Shown one piece after another: positions 47,678 to 59,893 of a DNA stretch of 64,000 nt. The translations under genes and the position numbers were made by a program. How positions within the stretch are numbered: the first letter of the stretch is position 1; each line of letters begins with the position of its first letter. Location: assembly GCA_030295235.1 (NCBI GenBank), contig AP026149.1, forward strand, positions 310,001-374,000. The letters run 5' to 3'. This stretch comes from Fistulifera solaris. Lineage: Eukaryota. The notes beneath the pieces were generated by a model that had not been told where the DNA came from, made no database searches, and was given only the letters and a program-made list of their open reading frames with translations.

Positions 47678-48541
47678 ATGATCAGCCACGACGCGGAAAA
47701 AATGGAAGTACCCATCGCCTGTCGGCTGGATCGCACACGAAAACTCTTTCGCATCACACGGAACAAGGGCAAATCCCTGGCGAATGGAGGCTTTGGCTGC
47801 CTTTTGCCCGACGAGTCGTCGCCAGAACACATCATGGTAGATTACCTGTTCATAGAAGAAGTGTACTTTTTAGTCGAGCGAGGCCTTTTGGAGGCGTTTG
47901 ATGGTGACAAACTGTTGGATACTCAGGGTATCTTTCAATTGCTCGAAGAGTGCGGCATGACGTTATTTGCTTTGCTGGTCTATGCTCACGTGCGATCCCA
48001 AAATTATCGTGTCATTCGACACACGCCGTATCGTCGGCGTATTTTAGAAGAAATGGAACCCTTGCGGCATCTGTATAAGAAGAAGAAGTCGCCCGAAACG
48101 GAGGACAAAGAGAGAGATCAGCAACACATCGCCACTATTATCAGTTCGTCATCGGTAAAAGAACCAGCAAATAATCCAACATCAACCCGACAACAACTTG
48201 AACTACTGCGGCAACAATTGCGCGAAGACGGTGCCCAGGCTCCAGCACCTGTTGTCGCACATGGCGATCGCATGGCAACGATTGCCTACGAATTGTATTT
48301 GCCCGATTCGCAGTTCCGACGAAGTGCTCCCGGTTTACCCGACATTTACGTGACAGCGACCACGTCGCTTCACTTTGATGCTTTGCAGACGCTTTTGCAA
48401 GAAGCCAATGGCATTCCGTTGCGAACGGCCGTCGTGTCCGAAGCCGGTACCGTTGTAATGCTAGGAGTGACGGATTACGGGGTACCAGCCATCTCCAAAG
48501 CAGGCTTGTCAAAAAACAAATGTGTATCTACAGCGAAATAA
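47678..48541 (+). CDS. tRNA-splicing endonuclease subunit SEN54-like protein
   Basis: YLFIEEVYFLVERGLL and LVYAHVRSQNYRVIRH resemble the Sen54 N-terminal domain. IAYELYLPDSQFRRSAPGLPD resembles the FKKSSPG.PD segment. Confidence 0.72.
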   Translation: MISHDAEKMEVPIACRLDRTRKLFRITRNKGKSLANGGFGCLLPDESSPEHIMVDYLFIEEVYFLVERGLLEAFDGDKLLDTQGIFQLLEECGMTLFALLVYAHVRSQNYRVIRHTPYRRRILEEMEPLRHLYKKKKSPETEDKERDQQHIATIISSSSVKEPANNPTSTRQQLELLRQQLREDGAQAPAPVVAHGDRMATIAYELYLPDSQFRRSAPGLPDIYVTATTSLHFDALQTLLQEANGIPLRTAVVSEAGTVVMLGVTDYGVPAISKAGLSKNKCVSTAK

Positions 48542-48752
48542 TTTTTTATTGGATTGAGTAGGATGATTGTGTGTGCCTTTTCAACGAGTATTGTAGGCGT
48601 GACATGAAACCTTCGGCTTGATAAATTTCAACTGAACTACACCGGCCTACATATTCATTGTTTGAACCCCCTAAAAAGAGGATTAGTTTGTTTGATCTAG
48701 TCGCCTTGTTATTTTCCGACTACAAGTAGTAATATTTGTGTTTGAGAGACGT

Positions 48753-49083
48753 TTATTTCCAGAATCCCTGCTTTCGCTGCTGGTGCACATATCCGTACAA
48801 CATGGAGCCTACACCGATCAACCAAATGCCTCCGATAATGCCCCAAACCGGACCGGCATTGAACGGAGGATGAAAGACAGTCTGTAGAAAGAAAGAGTGA
48901 GAGGCAGAATAATGGACCGTGACCCCCTTGCCATAAACTTACGTGCAAATCGTCATGGTCGATTTTACGCTTGCTCTTTATCGCCTCCCAATTTCCGCTC
49001 GCCTTGTGCATCTTGGGAGTTGCTGTGGACATGTTGCGTCGAGCAACAGCCCGAGTGATTGTAAGAGAAGATCGAGACAACAT
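48753..49083 (-). CDS. 89-aa single-pass mitochondrial membrane protein; intron 48942-48882
   Basis: The spliced product is MLSRSSLTITRAVARRNMSTATPKMHKASGNWEAIKSKRKIDHDDLH/TVFHPPFNAGPVWGIIGGIWLIGVGSMLYGYVHQQRKQGFWK*. It has an Arg/Ser-rich presequence, a 61-bp GTAAGT...CAG intron and one transmembrane helix. Confidence 0.8.
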
Positions 49084-49494
49084 GTTGAATAGAATGTTGT
49101 TTGTTATTGCTACGCAACTGTGTCGCTGCGTTGCGGCGGCCGCAGCGCGTTGCGATTGGGGGCACCGTCGTCGCGTTATATCGTCGTAGCAAAGCGAACC
49201 TTGAAGGCCCAGTGAGCGAGTATAGTATAAAGTGTGGCTTCCTTGAACCGGTAAGTCATTATAACAGACTGCTGGTATAGGCTGTTTCAATTTCTCGAAA
49301 CACGTACACTACGTCAGCAGCCGACACGACGAACGACGACGCGCGTCCGCCGTTCATCCAAACATAAACCCCGTTTACCATGGTACACTTTACACAAAAA
49401 AACATCGCAACAAACATCAAGAAAAACAAAAAGCATCATCCGGTAAATCATTCTGTGTTATACTTGCGGCACAACTCAACTTACAAAAACGACT

Positions 49495-51070
49495 ATGACT
49501 CTACCAAGAATCCGGAAAGCACTTTTGCAAAAACGCTACGCCGCAACGGAAGCAGCGGCCATCCGCAAGAAAGCCATTGCCATTTCCGGGGCTCCCTCGG
49601 CGATTGGTGCCGTTCCGGATCGCGGTGTGGCAACACCCGAAGATCATGTGTTCAGTCGCGAAATTGGATGTACGCGTCGTATTTTTCAGCTCAAGCCATT
49701 CTTGACGACCTCTCAGTTAGAAGGGCTAGCTTACCGCATCCGGACTTTGACAAAAACGAAGCTCTGAACAGTATTCTGATCGCCACCGACAGTTCCCATC
49801 CCGAAGATGGTCTCCCTAGTATGCTACACGATCGTAATTATCCGTTTTTGCAACATGAATCCGTTGATGAGGGTTTTCCGCCGCAACCGGATCACAAATT
49901 TTATGTTTCGGGGGTTACGATCCACTTACCTTGTACCAACAGAGTGCCGAGCGCGTTCAGATGCATTTGTCGCACTTGATGGATGTTGCCTTGGCCGTCC
50001 GTGGAAGTAGTGGTGGTAGTAAGATTCCCACGATATCGGTTCCTCACGGTCACTTTCATGATGGCGCATTTGCACTTTTTGGAATGGGAACTTACGTGTT
50101 GGCGACGAGAGAAACATCCTTTTCGATCACCAACCCATCCAAGGGCCTTTCTCTCGACCCAGTGGGATTGAGTTACATATTACCGAGACTTGGACAAGAG
50201 TTCAACCAACCATCCGCAAACTATACTGGTTGTGGAATGATTATGGCGTTGATGGGTTACAAAGCGAACGCTGAAGATATGATGGAAGTGGGGTTGGCGA
50301 CAAATTACGTCGAGACGCCCAGAGTGATCAGCTTACTCGAAAATACTCTCAGTCAGCTCCCTCCGTGGAATCAGCAAGCACTCATTAAAAACCCAATCCA
50401 ATATCATGGAGAGCTTGAGCCGACTCACGATCACAATGCAGAGTTTCGAAACTATGTCGTCGCTGAAGCAATTCACAACTTCTCGAGTTACCGAGCTGAT
50501 GGCGCAGACATTTGGACTACCAGCGATAGAGATGCATTTCTCATGGAAAAGGATCCTTCGCTGGAACTCGACCACGTCCCGTGGCATAGCATGCGCTCCA
50601 GTAATCTGGTGGATTACGCTGCAACATTCGATGCGATCTTCAAAACCGAGACCACCCTCATGGGCATTCATGAACGCTTGAAAGAAATTGCTGGCCGCGT
50701 CACCAATGATCCTGAAGAACAAGAGGGTATTGATGTGGCCAGCGACTTTTGCCGTCGGCTTGAGTCTCAGTCGCCATTGGCGGTGAGCGCTGTATACCGG
50801 CTCTTGCGAGAGGGTACCAAACCCCTCGAAACATTGCAAAGCTGTATGGAGCGCGAAAAGCTAGTACAAACCAACCTTTATACCAAGGAAGACTTTGCCG
50901 CCTGGGCTAAAGCGAGAATAGCTGGACAAGTTGGTGAGGCGTTTTCTGGATGGAAGCACAGAAGCATTCATGAGGTTTCGGACGACGAGGTGACAGAGCT
51001 TGTCGAAAGTCCCAAGCTCGTTTCCGGTCGAACACGCCTAGCAAGTATTGGTAAGCTTGGCGAACAATAG
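49495..51070 (+). CDS. 3-hydroxyisobutyryl-CoA hydrolase-like (crotonase fold), probably mitochondrial; 2 frameshifts (near 49753 and 49915)
   Basis: Segments KIPTISVPHG..HDGAF, ATRETSFS, PVGLSYILPRL, MALMGYK...VGLATNYV, QSPLAVSAVYRLL, and SCMERE...EDF...WKH. Confidence 0.75.
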
Positions 51071-51137
51071 GGAGATCAATGGAAATATATATGCAATTAT
51101 ATAGGAGTTGACATTACGCTCAGATTCAAATAGAATT

Positions 51138-52944
51138 TCAACTACCACCTTTAAGTTTGTTCTGCATAATGGCAAGTCCCAATTCATATATTGTAGATGA
51201 GAGTAGCCTTTCTTCACGCTTCTGTGCTGCTCGTTCCGAAACGCTTCGTTGCTCCAAACTTTCAATTTTGTCCTGTTTCTCCTTCAGCTTGGTCTTGCAG
51301 TCCTGCAAAGCGACCAAATATTTGTCTTGGAATTTCGACAGAGTCTTTTTCGTGTACGCCTCGAGTCGTTCTTTATCACTGACAATCTTCTCATTTTCCT
51401 TCTCTTTTGCTCCAATTGAGCTTTAAGAGTTTCGATTTCTTCTTTCATTGATTCAATTGCTGAATTGTTCGTTTCATTCAAAGACACCGCAGCAACAGCC
51501 GATGCAGCGGCAGCAGCCTCTGCGGAAGCAGTTAATTGCGCCACCTCTTCCTGTAGTTTTTTGTTTTCAATTTCAAGTCGCATGTACTTTTCCTTCTCTT
51601 CGGGTGAAGGCCCCGTAAGTACCGGTACAGGAAGAGGAGCCGACGATTCCAATGCGGCCAGAGACTCTTGCTTAGCTCGAAGCTCGTCTAGTTCAGTTTG
51701 ATACATTTTCTTTGCCGACTCGGCAGCCGAAAGCTGACTCTTCAGTTTTTCAATGACTTCTTCTGATGACTTCGTTGATGATTCAGTATGCGAGCGATGA
51801 TCCTCCAGTGTCGCAATTTTCTCCTGGAGCTCTGCCACCGTCTTTTGCAGCGTATTCGATTTCTTGACCTCGTTTTCAAGCTCCACTATCTGCTGCAAAT
51901 ACTTTGACGCTTGCTCCTCAAGTTCCGATACTTGCTGTGTTTTTGTTCCTGCACCATCAAGTTTCTTTTTATAAGCGGCAAGTGCGGCCTCCGCCTTGTG
52001 AAGCTGTCCAGCTTTCGCATTCGCAACGTCCAAATCATCGGCCAAATGGGCCTTTTTCCTCTTGAGCAGTCGCAAGGGCTGCTTTCGTATCATTGAGCTC
52101 CGTCACAGTTCGCTGTAATTCTTGCTCCAGATCGGAAAGTTCTTCTTGTCTCTTATCCAGTCGATCTTGCAAATCTTCCACGAGTGCACGCAGCTTCTTT
52201 TGCGCCTTTTCACCCTCTTCCTCAGCAACAGCAGCTTGCGATTTAAGGATGGTAATTTGTTTTTGGCGCTTTCTAACTGTTCTTCCAACTCATCTGCATC
52301 GTAAGCATTATTTTTGCCGAATAGTTGGTCCTCTCCCACCGCTTCTTCTGTGCCATCGTTATCCCCACCAAAAACTAGTTCTGATTCATCGTCGTATTGA
52401 TCTTCGGTAGTATATTCCGCGACGCGCTGCAGGGAAGACTCTATAACTCCTTTCATTGCTAATTGGCCTTCCGGCGACATTTGCATAATTCGCTGAATGT
52501 AATCCCCTTTCGACGAGCATGTGACTGCAGCAGCAGCAACTAATTCAACCAAACTGGCAACAGCATCAGCATCCGCTTCACGAGCAATTTTGGTTTGATC
52601 AATAGCGGCAAAGTCCGCAGTTTTCTTTAAATCTTCCTGAAAAAATTGTTGCAGATTTCGGACGAGTTTTCGTATATTACTGCTCTTCAACACCCAGTTC
52701 TCACCCAAGTGTCGCGCAATGGTGGTAGGATCAAAGTATGACGGTGCACTACATTAGGGAATGTGAGGAAGACATCAAAAATTAACGCATACATGGCATC
52801 AAGGAAGTAAACTCACATTTCCGATAGTGCCTCAAATACGACAACACCATCCGACAACTCTGAAATGTCGGCCGGGGCTTGCGATACAGTCGAGAAGGAG
52901 GCGAGAAATTCGATCATCGCGAGATTGCGCTGGTCATCTTCCAT
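51138..52944 (-). CDS. HOOK-family dynein cargo adaptor; intron 52816-52749; about 3 frameshifts
   Basis: N-terminal ELSDGVVVFEALSEIAPSYF...NWVLKSSNIRKL...AAVTCSSKGDYIQRIMQM, a long coiled coil containing LADDLDV and YKKKLD, and C-terminal REERLLSSTIYELG. Confidence 0.82.
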
Positions 52945-53627
52945 CTTTTCTAATTCTAAGCGCGCAAAAATATAACCCAAAGAAGGATAAGGTGCGGTGC
53001 GACGAAGAGTAACAAAGCTCGAATCGAACTAAAAGTGCAATTATCAATGTCGCGTTTTCTGTGCCTGCTTTCCGAGAAGATAGAATCAGCAAGCCGCTCA
53101 GAGTAATCTAATGGAAAACACAAACGTAAACGGTGTTGAGGGTAAACTTATTCCATTCGTCCTCTCACCTCGTGTTGGTCTCTTGCATGCGGGTCGGGTC
53201 GTCGACGAGGACGTTCTTTTCGCTCTGGGTACGTTATTTGCGGTTATAAAGGACTGTCTCATTGACAGTGCTACTTCAACGTCGATTTATTGTGTAGGAA
53301 AGTGAGCAACTGCTCTTGGAGTCTGTACCACCACGGCAATCCTACAGGAAGAGTGTCTTATCGGTTCTAAAGATCGTAATGCAGAAGCAAGAGAAGTTTC
53401 AAGCAATGGCATTGGCGAGTTATTGGTATTGATTGTCGTAGAAGTCAATAGAGCGCCCGTCTCACCTACTGGTACACCTTACACCTCAATCGTTGTCGAT
53501 CTCTAAAAAATAAGTCAATCCTCACCGCAGCGCCCTCGCAAGCGACGAAGCAAAGGGTTTCGCTTTCGAGCGAAAATCGTCAATAATTCTTTATTCTTAC
53601 ACTGATTTATCATTAAACAAAAACACC

Positions 53628-54342
53628 ATGGCAGACGCGTCATCAATTTGCAAATCAGACTTCTGTAATGCTGGATGGGCGGAAGTCCTCACGCACATGA
53701 GCCCTTACGGCTTTGCGAATTTTGGCGTTGCCTTCGGGTTGGGACTCTCCATTGTCGGTGCGGCATGGGGAATCTGGTTGACCGGATCTTCATTAGTTGG
53801 TGCTGCTGTGAAGGCACCACGAATTCGATCGAAGAACTTGATTAGGTGAGTCGTTTTGTGATGGCAATCCGGAACAACAACGCGGCATTTATATGGTGCC
53901 CGGGTCAATGCTTTTATTTGCGACACGATTATCGAGCTTGCAACTCCCACTTACCCGTCTTTTCATCAAAATGAATGGCAGCGTAATTTTCTGTGAAGCA
54001 ACAGCGATTTATGGAGTTATCATGGCCATTATTTTGACCAATAAGATTAAGGAACCAGAACTTGCCGACAGCTATTTATCTGCGAACTGGGATTTCAATG
54101 GCTTTTACTATGCTGGTTACGGAATGTTCAGTGCAGGACTATCGGTGGGACTTACAAACATTGCTTCCGGTGTATCCGTCGGAATTGCTGGATCTTCATG
54201 TGCGATTGCTGACGCACAAGATGCCTCCTTGTTTGTCAAAATTCTGATTGTGGAGATTTTTGCGAGTGCCCTTGGTATTTTCGGAATTATTGTGGGTATT
54301 ATTCAAAGTAACGCTTGCACGTTCCCTGTGGCAGCTCTTTAA
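53628..54342 (+). CDS. VMA16: V-type H+-ATPase proteolipid subunit c''; intron 53846-53981
   Basis: GLSIVGAAWGI..TGSSLVGAAVKAPRIRSKNLIS/VIFCEATAIYG and LFVKILIVEIFASALG. Confidence 0.95.
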
Positions 54343-55113
54343 CTGAGATGATTAATTTTCTATTAACGTCGAATCTTTATCCAACACCGCCACCTCAACT
54401 AGGTTCGACTGCTAGCTTGCGATGTATAATGGTTTCGGACAATTAGCGACGGCGAGGACACAATTTCCAAGTATGCTTACTTCGACTAAATGCCGCGGTC
54501 TCTTTGATCCGCTTGTACCAGACGATTCTTTTATGACTGCATCTTTCATATATTTTACACCGCTTGTCATGAGATATTCGACTGTTGAATTGAATACGGG
54601 ACAGATGTTGTATGATGTAGTCAAACATAAAAAATTATCATGGCGTGGGACTGAAATTGAGTTGAGTTGGGCAACGCAAATCTTCACTTTCGTGTATACT
54701 AAATTGAATTTTGAATCTAACGGAGGAAGCTATCGTCTCAAATACCATGAAACCATCATTAAACCCCAATCGATAAGAGAAACACGTTGTATTTAGTTGA
54801 GATTGGTATGATACATCGCATTTTCCGTCAATGAAGATTGGTGTTGTCCCGGGACTGCAAATGAGTTGAGTCAAGAGAAAGTTGCGTCGAGTCCTTCACG
54901 GTACTGTAAGGTGTCGTCGTCTGTCGGAACGATACTAACGGCAAAGCGTGTTCTAAAACACGGTTTACAATTCAGGCTATTGTCGTCATTTGCGAGCAAG
55001 GTCGTCCTCCCTCCATTTTCGTTGAATTCGAACCAAAGATCGAGCCACTTGGCATATTACCAGTACTTGTAATTGACAACACCCCAAACAAAACATCCCT
55101 TTCGAAGATTAAG

Positions 55114-55758
55114 ATGATCGAGTTACCCCGCCTTCCTCTGATTTGTCTTGATACAGCAGAAGAGACAAACACTCATGAAATAACCTGCGGCCAACACACT
55201 GTCATAGGTGAGCACGTCAACACCTGGATTGTCATTTTTTTGCGTTTAAAGTACCTTCATCGTTCGAAATACAAACAACTACTGACTACTCTTGTTCCGT
55301 TAGATTTCTGGACGACTCGCTGTACGAATTGTCCTGATGCTCTGAATAAGTTGCAGCACTTGGCTGCGACCTCGTCGAACGTCCGGTTTGCATCGATTTG
55401 TTGCGACTCGTTGGACGGCGCCCGAGAAATCATCGGACGTCATGACGACATGCGCTGGTCTTCCGTTCATCATTATTTCATGGAACATGTCGACAAGGAA
55501 TTGTGCAAGCACATATTTGGATTTAAACAGGTTCCCTTTTATGTTGTTCTGAACGCCCAGAACGAAATCACGCAATATGGCAATAAAATCAACTGGGATC
55601 CGATTTACTCGCTCATTGGTCTTCCAGTTGGACCGCAGACGGATGAGAATGCAAAGCCGCCGACCAATGTGAACGTTGTATCATCAGAAAAGTCGGACTC
55701 GAATATTCCTAAAGAGGATACACACGATGACTTTGTCATTGAAGATCTCGATTTCTAG
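55114..55758 (+). CDS. Thioredoxin-fold protein (CTNC); in-frame 96-bp intron 55208-55303
   Basis: Splicing G|gtgagc...ttag| gives TVIDFWTTRCTNCPDALNKL. The cis-Pro-type motif FGFKQVPFYVV follows. Confidence 0.82.
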   Translation: MIELPRLPLICLDTAEETNTHEITCGQHTVIGEHVNTWIVIFLRLKYLHRSKYKQLLTTLVPLDFWTTRCTNCPDALNKLQHLAATSSNVRFASICCDSLDGAREIIGRHDDMRWSSVHHYFMEHVDKELCKHIFGFKQVPFYVVLNAQNEITQYGNKINWDPIYSLIGLPVGPQTDENAKPPTNVNVVSSEKSDSNIPKEDTHDDFVIEDLDF

Positions 55759-55933
55759 TTTGAAAGAACTTTACTAACCAGAATTATCGGTTCTTCTATA
55801 TTCAAATCCCATAAAAATAATGATTCGTTATTTTCAACCAATGCAAAGAGTGCAACAAGCTTCTGATGCGTTTGCCTTGCCGAATATAACCAACGTCGAC
55901 CAAGCCATGTACATCTTACCCCAAGCGATTTCT

Positions 55934-57848
55934 TTATGGACGCCACCCTGCCGGCGCCAGGCAAAAGCTGCCAGTGGCAGCTCCAGTTACTAAATCCATG
56001 GCAATTCCAGCACAGCCTCGAGATGGGATGCTGTCGTTACATGTTTCAAAGTGAACGTCACGGAAGTTGCTGCTTTTGCCCTGCGGAGTGGCCGGCATCT
56101 CGAGAACGCCATCGTCATCGGCCAGCGAAGGACTCGTACGGCCTAGATCTGCTCGCGGAGGACAAAAGTCGGGGAAGAACTGGTCGTTGGATCGCGTGCG
56201 TCGTCTCTTGCGGAACGAATCTTGCGAATGCGGGCTGTCAGGCTCTTTCTCGCCCTGCAATTCGGGGGAGCACAGGAGGAGACTCGGGCGCTTTTCGAAT
56301 CTTGGGACTGTTTGTTGGCGACTCGTCCGAGTTGCTAGAGCCAGGAGACGACGGTGTCTTCTTTTTTCTTCTTTTTGTTTGCCTCATTCACCGCACTGCG
56401 CGTGGCCCTGACATCCAGTCCTTCGCGCAAAGCTTGTGACGTCTTGGCTTCCGCTTTGGTGTCTCCCACTTCAAAGAGTTCACCCGTTTCTTCATTCTTT
56501 TCAAAAACCGACCGCCTCGTTTTCGAATAATAAGAACAATGGTGCGAGCCAGCAACGGCTTCTCTTTGCGCTTCGCCAGAAGGTAAATAGGCTGGAAGTC
56601 CTGAACTAGTTGCCGGAAACGACGATTGCCCACCTGGGAATTGGTTCCGCCACCTCTTCCTAAAATCACGTCAAAGGAATTTACTTCGCCCATGGAATCG
56701 CAAACCGCATTGTCCGATGGGGGCGTAATAGGTTCCATCGGGGGATCGGCGACATCGAAATCGACTTCCACTGCCGCCTTGGGAAGGACCGCCTGGCGAT
56801 CCGCTGTGCTACGATTTACCGGAGTCTTGCGCGACTTGGGTGCCATGTGTTTGGGATGCTGGTATCCTGGACGATGATCGTATTCTTGGTGGTGCTCCTC
56901 GTCATCGAACGAATAGCCAAAGGATGGAGGCATATGCATGTACGGTTCTGAGGGCGGGAATGATTCACTTGGGTAGGCCGGATGAGGTGAGTATGCGTAC
57001 GAGCTGTAAGCCGCTTCCGGAGGGGGCATGCCATAGTATCGATGGTCGTCGAAATGCGGAGGCGATGCAGAATCAAAGCTTCCCCATGATGTGCCACCGT
57101 AGTACTGATGATACGGATCCAGGGAGCGATTGTGTGCTTCCGAGTCGAACGACGCCGCTACAACCGGGGTTTGACGTCGACTGTACGAACTATCTCCCCG
57201 ACGCATGGCGTAGTTTCTCATTCTCGGAGCAGACGTAGGCTTACCGGGACGGCTCACTGGAGACGTAGGCGGATACTGATAGCGGGGTTGGCTGGAAGAG
57301 CCATGTCTGGGGCGTGGTGTAGTGGGTGGGCGATACTCGCCGCGGTGGTTGGGCGAAACAACATTCACATCTTCTGATGGATAAGCCTGCGGAGGATATC
57401 TCACGTGCGGGCTGTAATAAGGCGTATGGTGATATTGATTCTCGAAGGAAGCGGATGGGTTACTCCCGGCCATGGGATATCTCGACGACGGAGGTGGTGG
57501 GTAATCTCCGGGATGATGATAACCCCACGAGCCGGACCCATGCATGTACGGATACTGCGGATGATAGGAGTGTCCGTGGGGAGTTCTCATGGCCCTTGGT
57601 CTTACAGGTTGCGGATATCTGAAGATACTTTGATCCTGAGGATGTCGAGGACGCTGAGGTGTTTCGGCTACAACAGCTGCGTTACCGCTTTCACCAAGAA
57701 CAACTTCCACACTTTCCTCACTAGCGGATGACCTCGATGGGGTTTTATCAATTTTCATTTCCGACAGATCGCCTCCTTCGTCTCTCGACGGAACACGTTC
57801 AGGTTTTTCAACAGGACAGGGAGCGTCGACTTTCAGATCGGACGGCAT
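55934..57848 (-). CDS. DUF6824-domain protein with a Pro/Tyr/His-rich disordered N-terminus; frameshift near 56497
   Basis: DVILGRGGGTNSQVGNRRFRQLV...IIRKRGGRFLK and, after the shift, EVGDTKAEAKTSQALRE: the typical diatom DUF6824 pattern. Confidence 0.85.
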
Positions 57849-59032
57849 TCTCAATAAATGGAAAAGAGCCAAATTAAAACGTAAAGAACAGGGAGCGTAG
57901 AACACGTGCAGTAATTGCGGAGCAAGAATACAATGATATCCAACAAAGGACTCTGAGTTGTTTCGCTTGTGTTATTATTGCAAGCTGTCAACTTCGACGG
58001 CTCAGCTCACAAACGGTCCAAATAAAAATGGACAAGTGGATAAATGCGCTGCGCTCAAACGACTCTCACTCCAAAAATCTGCGCAACGGCGTGAGCACCT
58101 TGCGTTCGTTGGACGCTATCGTTGAGGAGAAATTTTTGGCGCAAGTGGGTTGCGGCGGAAAAACAAGAAAACGCACCTAAACGGACTGGCGCGCTTTCTC
58201 CGGCGCGGGTACAATAAGTACTTGACGTTCCAGGCGCGGGCGTCACATAGGAAAGTGGAGAGTCGTATGGCCTATCTAACAAAACAGCTCTCAATAATGT
58301 GTGACATTTACTAGTAGTAAGTATGAATCATACAGTCTAGAATTAGACTCTGCATACTACGTAACAGCTTTAAATGGTGGTTGCCGGTGTGTCATTCCTT
58401 AGTCTTGGATCCACACACACCCCACAGTATTTAATACTTTGTACTTAGACGGGCGAAAAAGGCCTTAACGAAGAGTTGCAACAAAACTTGTTGTCATTAA
58501 ACTGCAAGCTCACAAAATTGATTGGAACGCAGATGCGCCCGTTCGACCGTTGCGAGCCGAATTTTTCGAAACACATTATCATCATCTGCACTCTATAGAA
58601 ATCGGCAATCTGCGAAAAGGAACTGCTGAAGAGGAGAGATCAGCAATCGGTTATCTGAAGAACCGGAAGTACAAGGACGCGAATTTGCTACGTCCATGGC
58701 CAACTCGATAAGATGCTCGAAAAAAAAAGAAAAACTGCTATTCAGTCAAACTTTTTCCTCAACGTTTATCGTTCATGTGATTCATGCAAACATCGAACAC
58801 ACCCGTTACGCAACTGGTAGTACCTTCGATTGCGCATCCTAAGTGCATTGAGTCGAAGATATGACAGAACAAGAATTTGGACGGCCGATAGGGGCTGGTA
58901 GCAAGTCAATGTTTTGAAATCTACAATCAACCACACTAAGAAACAGTATGCTTTCTACTATTTTGTTAAGTAAAAGTAAATTCTTCTTCAACAACCAAAC
59001 TCTTGTAGAACATAGAGACTCAGATAACACCG

Positions 59033-59893
59033 TCACACCCAGAATACATTGACGGTTAAATGGTGCGACAGCGTTTCAAATGCCGATGCTCCTACCAGAA
59101 GCATCCCTGTTAAGGCACCAAGCTGCACCAACTCCCGATCGATCGGTCCTACCTTTTCCATCTCAGCGGATTTGAGATTTTGTCCTGCATCACTGGCGGA
59201 TGATGAGAGAACCTTTCCACTCAGAGCGTCGTCGGGTTGGTTTCGGGGACTACCCAGTTCGTAAAGTACCGAGCACTCTGTTTGCACGAATCCTTTGGGG
59301 AGCGTTTCTCGTAGGTTTTCCAATGGGGCAGTTTCAATACGTGTTCCTTCTCCCAATCCTTGTACCCCATACACGGCTCCGGAAAGTCCTCCTGAAGTGG
59401 TGAACTCGTAATCATCCAAATAAGGCAGTATTGTTTTACTGGTGCGGATCAGTTTGGGAAATTTCTTTTGTAGTTCGCTTTCATTCTGCAGATCCATTTG
59501 TCGTTCCACCAGAAATGACATAGGATATCCCGATAGTTCAACTACTTCTTTCGACAAAGATCTCCACAAGGTGAATTTTTGCAAGGTGGTACTTTCGACG
59601 CCATCCACCGTTTCGGCTTTGACTGGAACTTGTATGGTGAAGCGGCTAAGATTATCCGACAAAGCCCACATTTGTTTTTCCGTCCATGGGAAATCATAAT
59701 TTGGACTTTCTTTCCGTGTTGATTCCTTTATTTTTGTCACAGCCGAGACCGTTTGTGTATTGTTGCTGGTACTTCCTTCATTATTTGCTGTTACTGTCGC
59801 GGACAACCGAACACTTGGATGTGAGAGTTGCAAAAATGGGACGGTGAAACTTGTCGATAATCTGAATATCGAGATTGTGAGCAAAAGAAACAT
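59033..59893 (-). CDS. Hypothetical, probably plastid-targeted protein with a C-terminal hydrophobic helix
   Basis: Intact ORF, open to 59980. MFLLLTISIFRLSTS-FTVP resembles a bipartite presequence. The C-terminus is LGALTGMLLVGASAFETLSHHLTVNVFWV. Confidence 0.7.
   Translation of the reverse strand: MFLLLTISIFRLSTSFTVPFLQLSHPSVRLSATVTANNEGSTSNNTQTVSAVTKIKESTRKESPNYDFPWTEKQMWALSDNLSRFTIQVPVKAETVDGVESTTLQKFTLWRSLSKEVVELSGYPMSFLVERQMDLQNESELQKKFPKLIRTSKTILPYLDDYEFTTSGGLSGAVYGVQGLGEGTRIETAPLENLRETLPKGFVQTECSVLYELGSPRNQPDDALSGKVLSSSASDAGQNLKSAEMEKVGPIDRELVQLGALTGMLLVGASAFETLSHHLTVNVFWV

Noticed and set aside
54412..54796. Overlapping 91-124 aa ORFs between VMA16 and the thioredoxin-like gene
   Set aside because: No recognisable motif on either strand and no consistent splice model; left uncalled.
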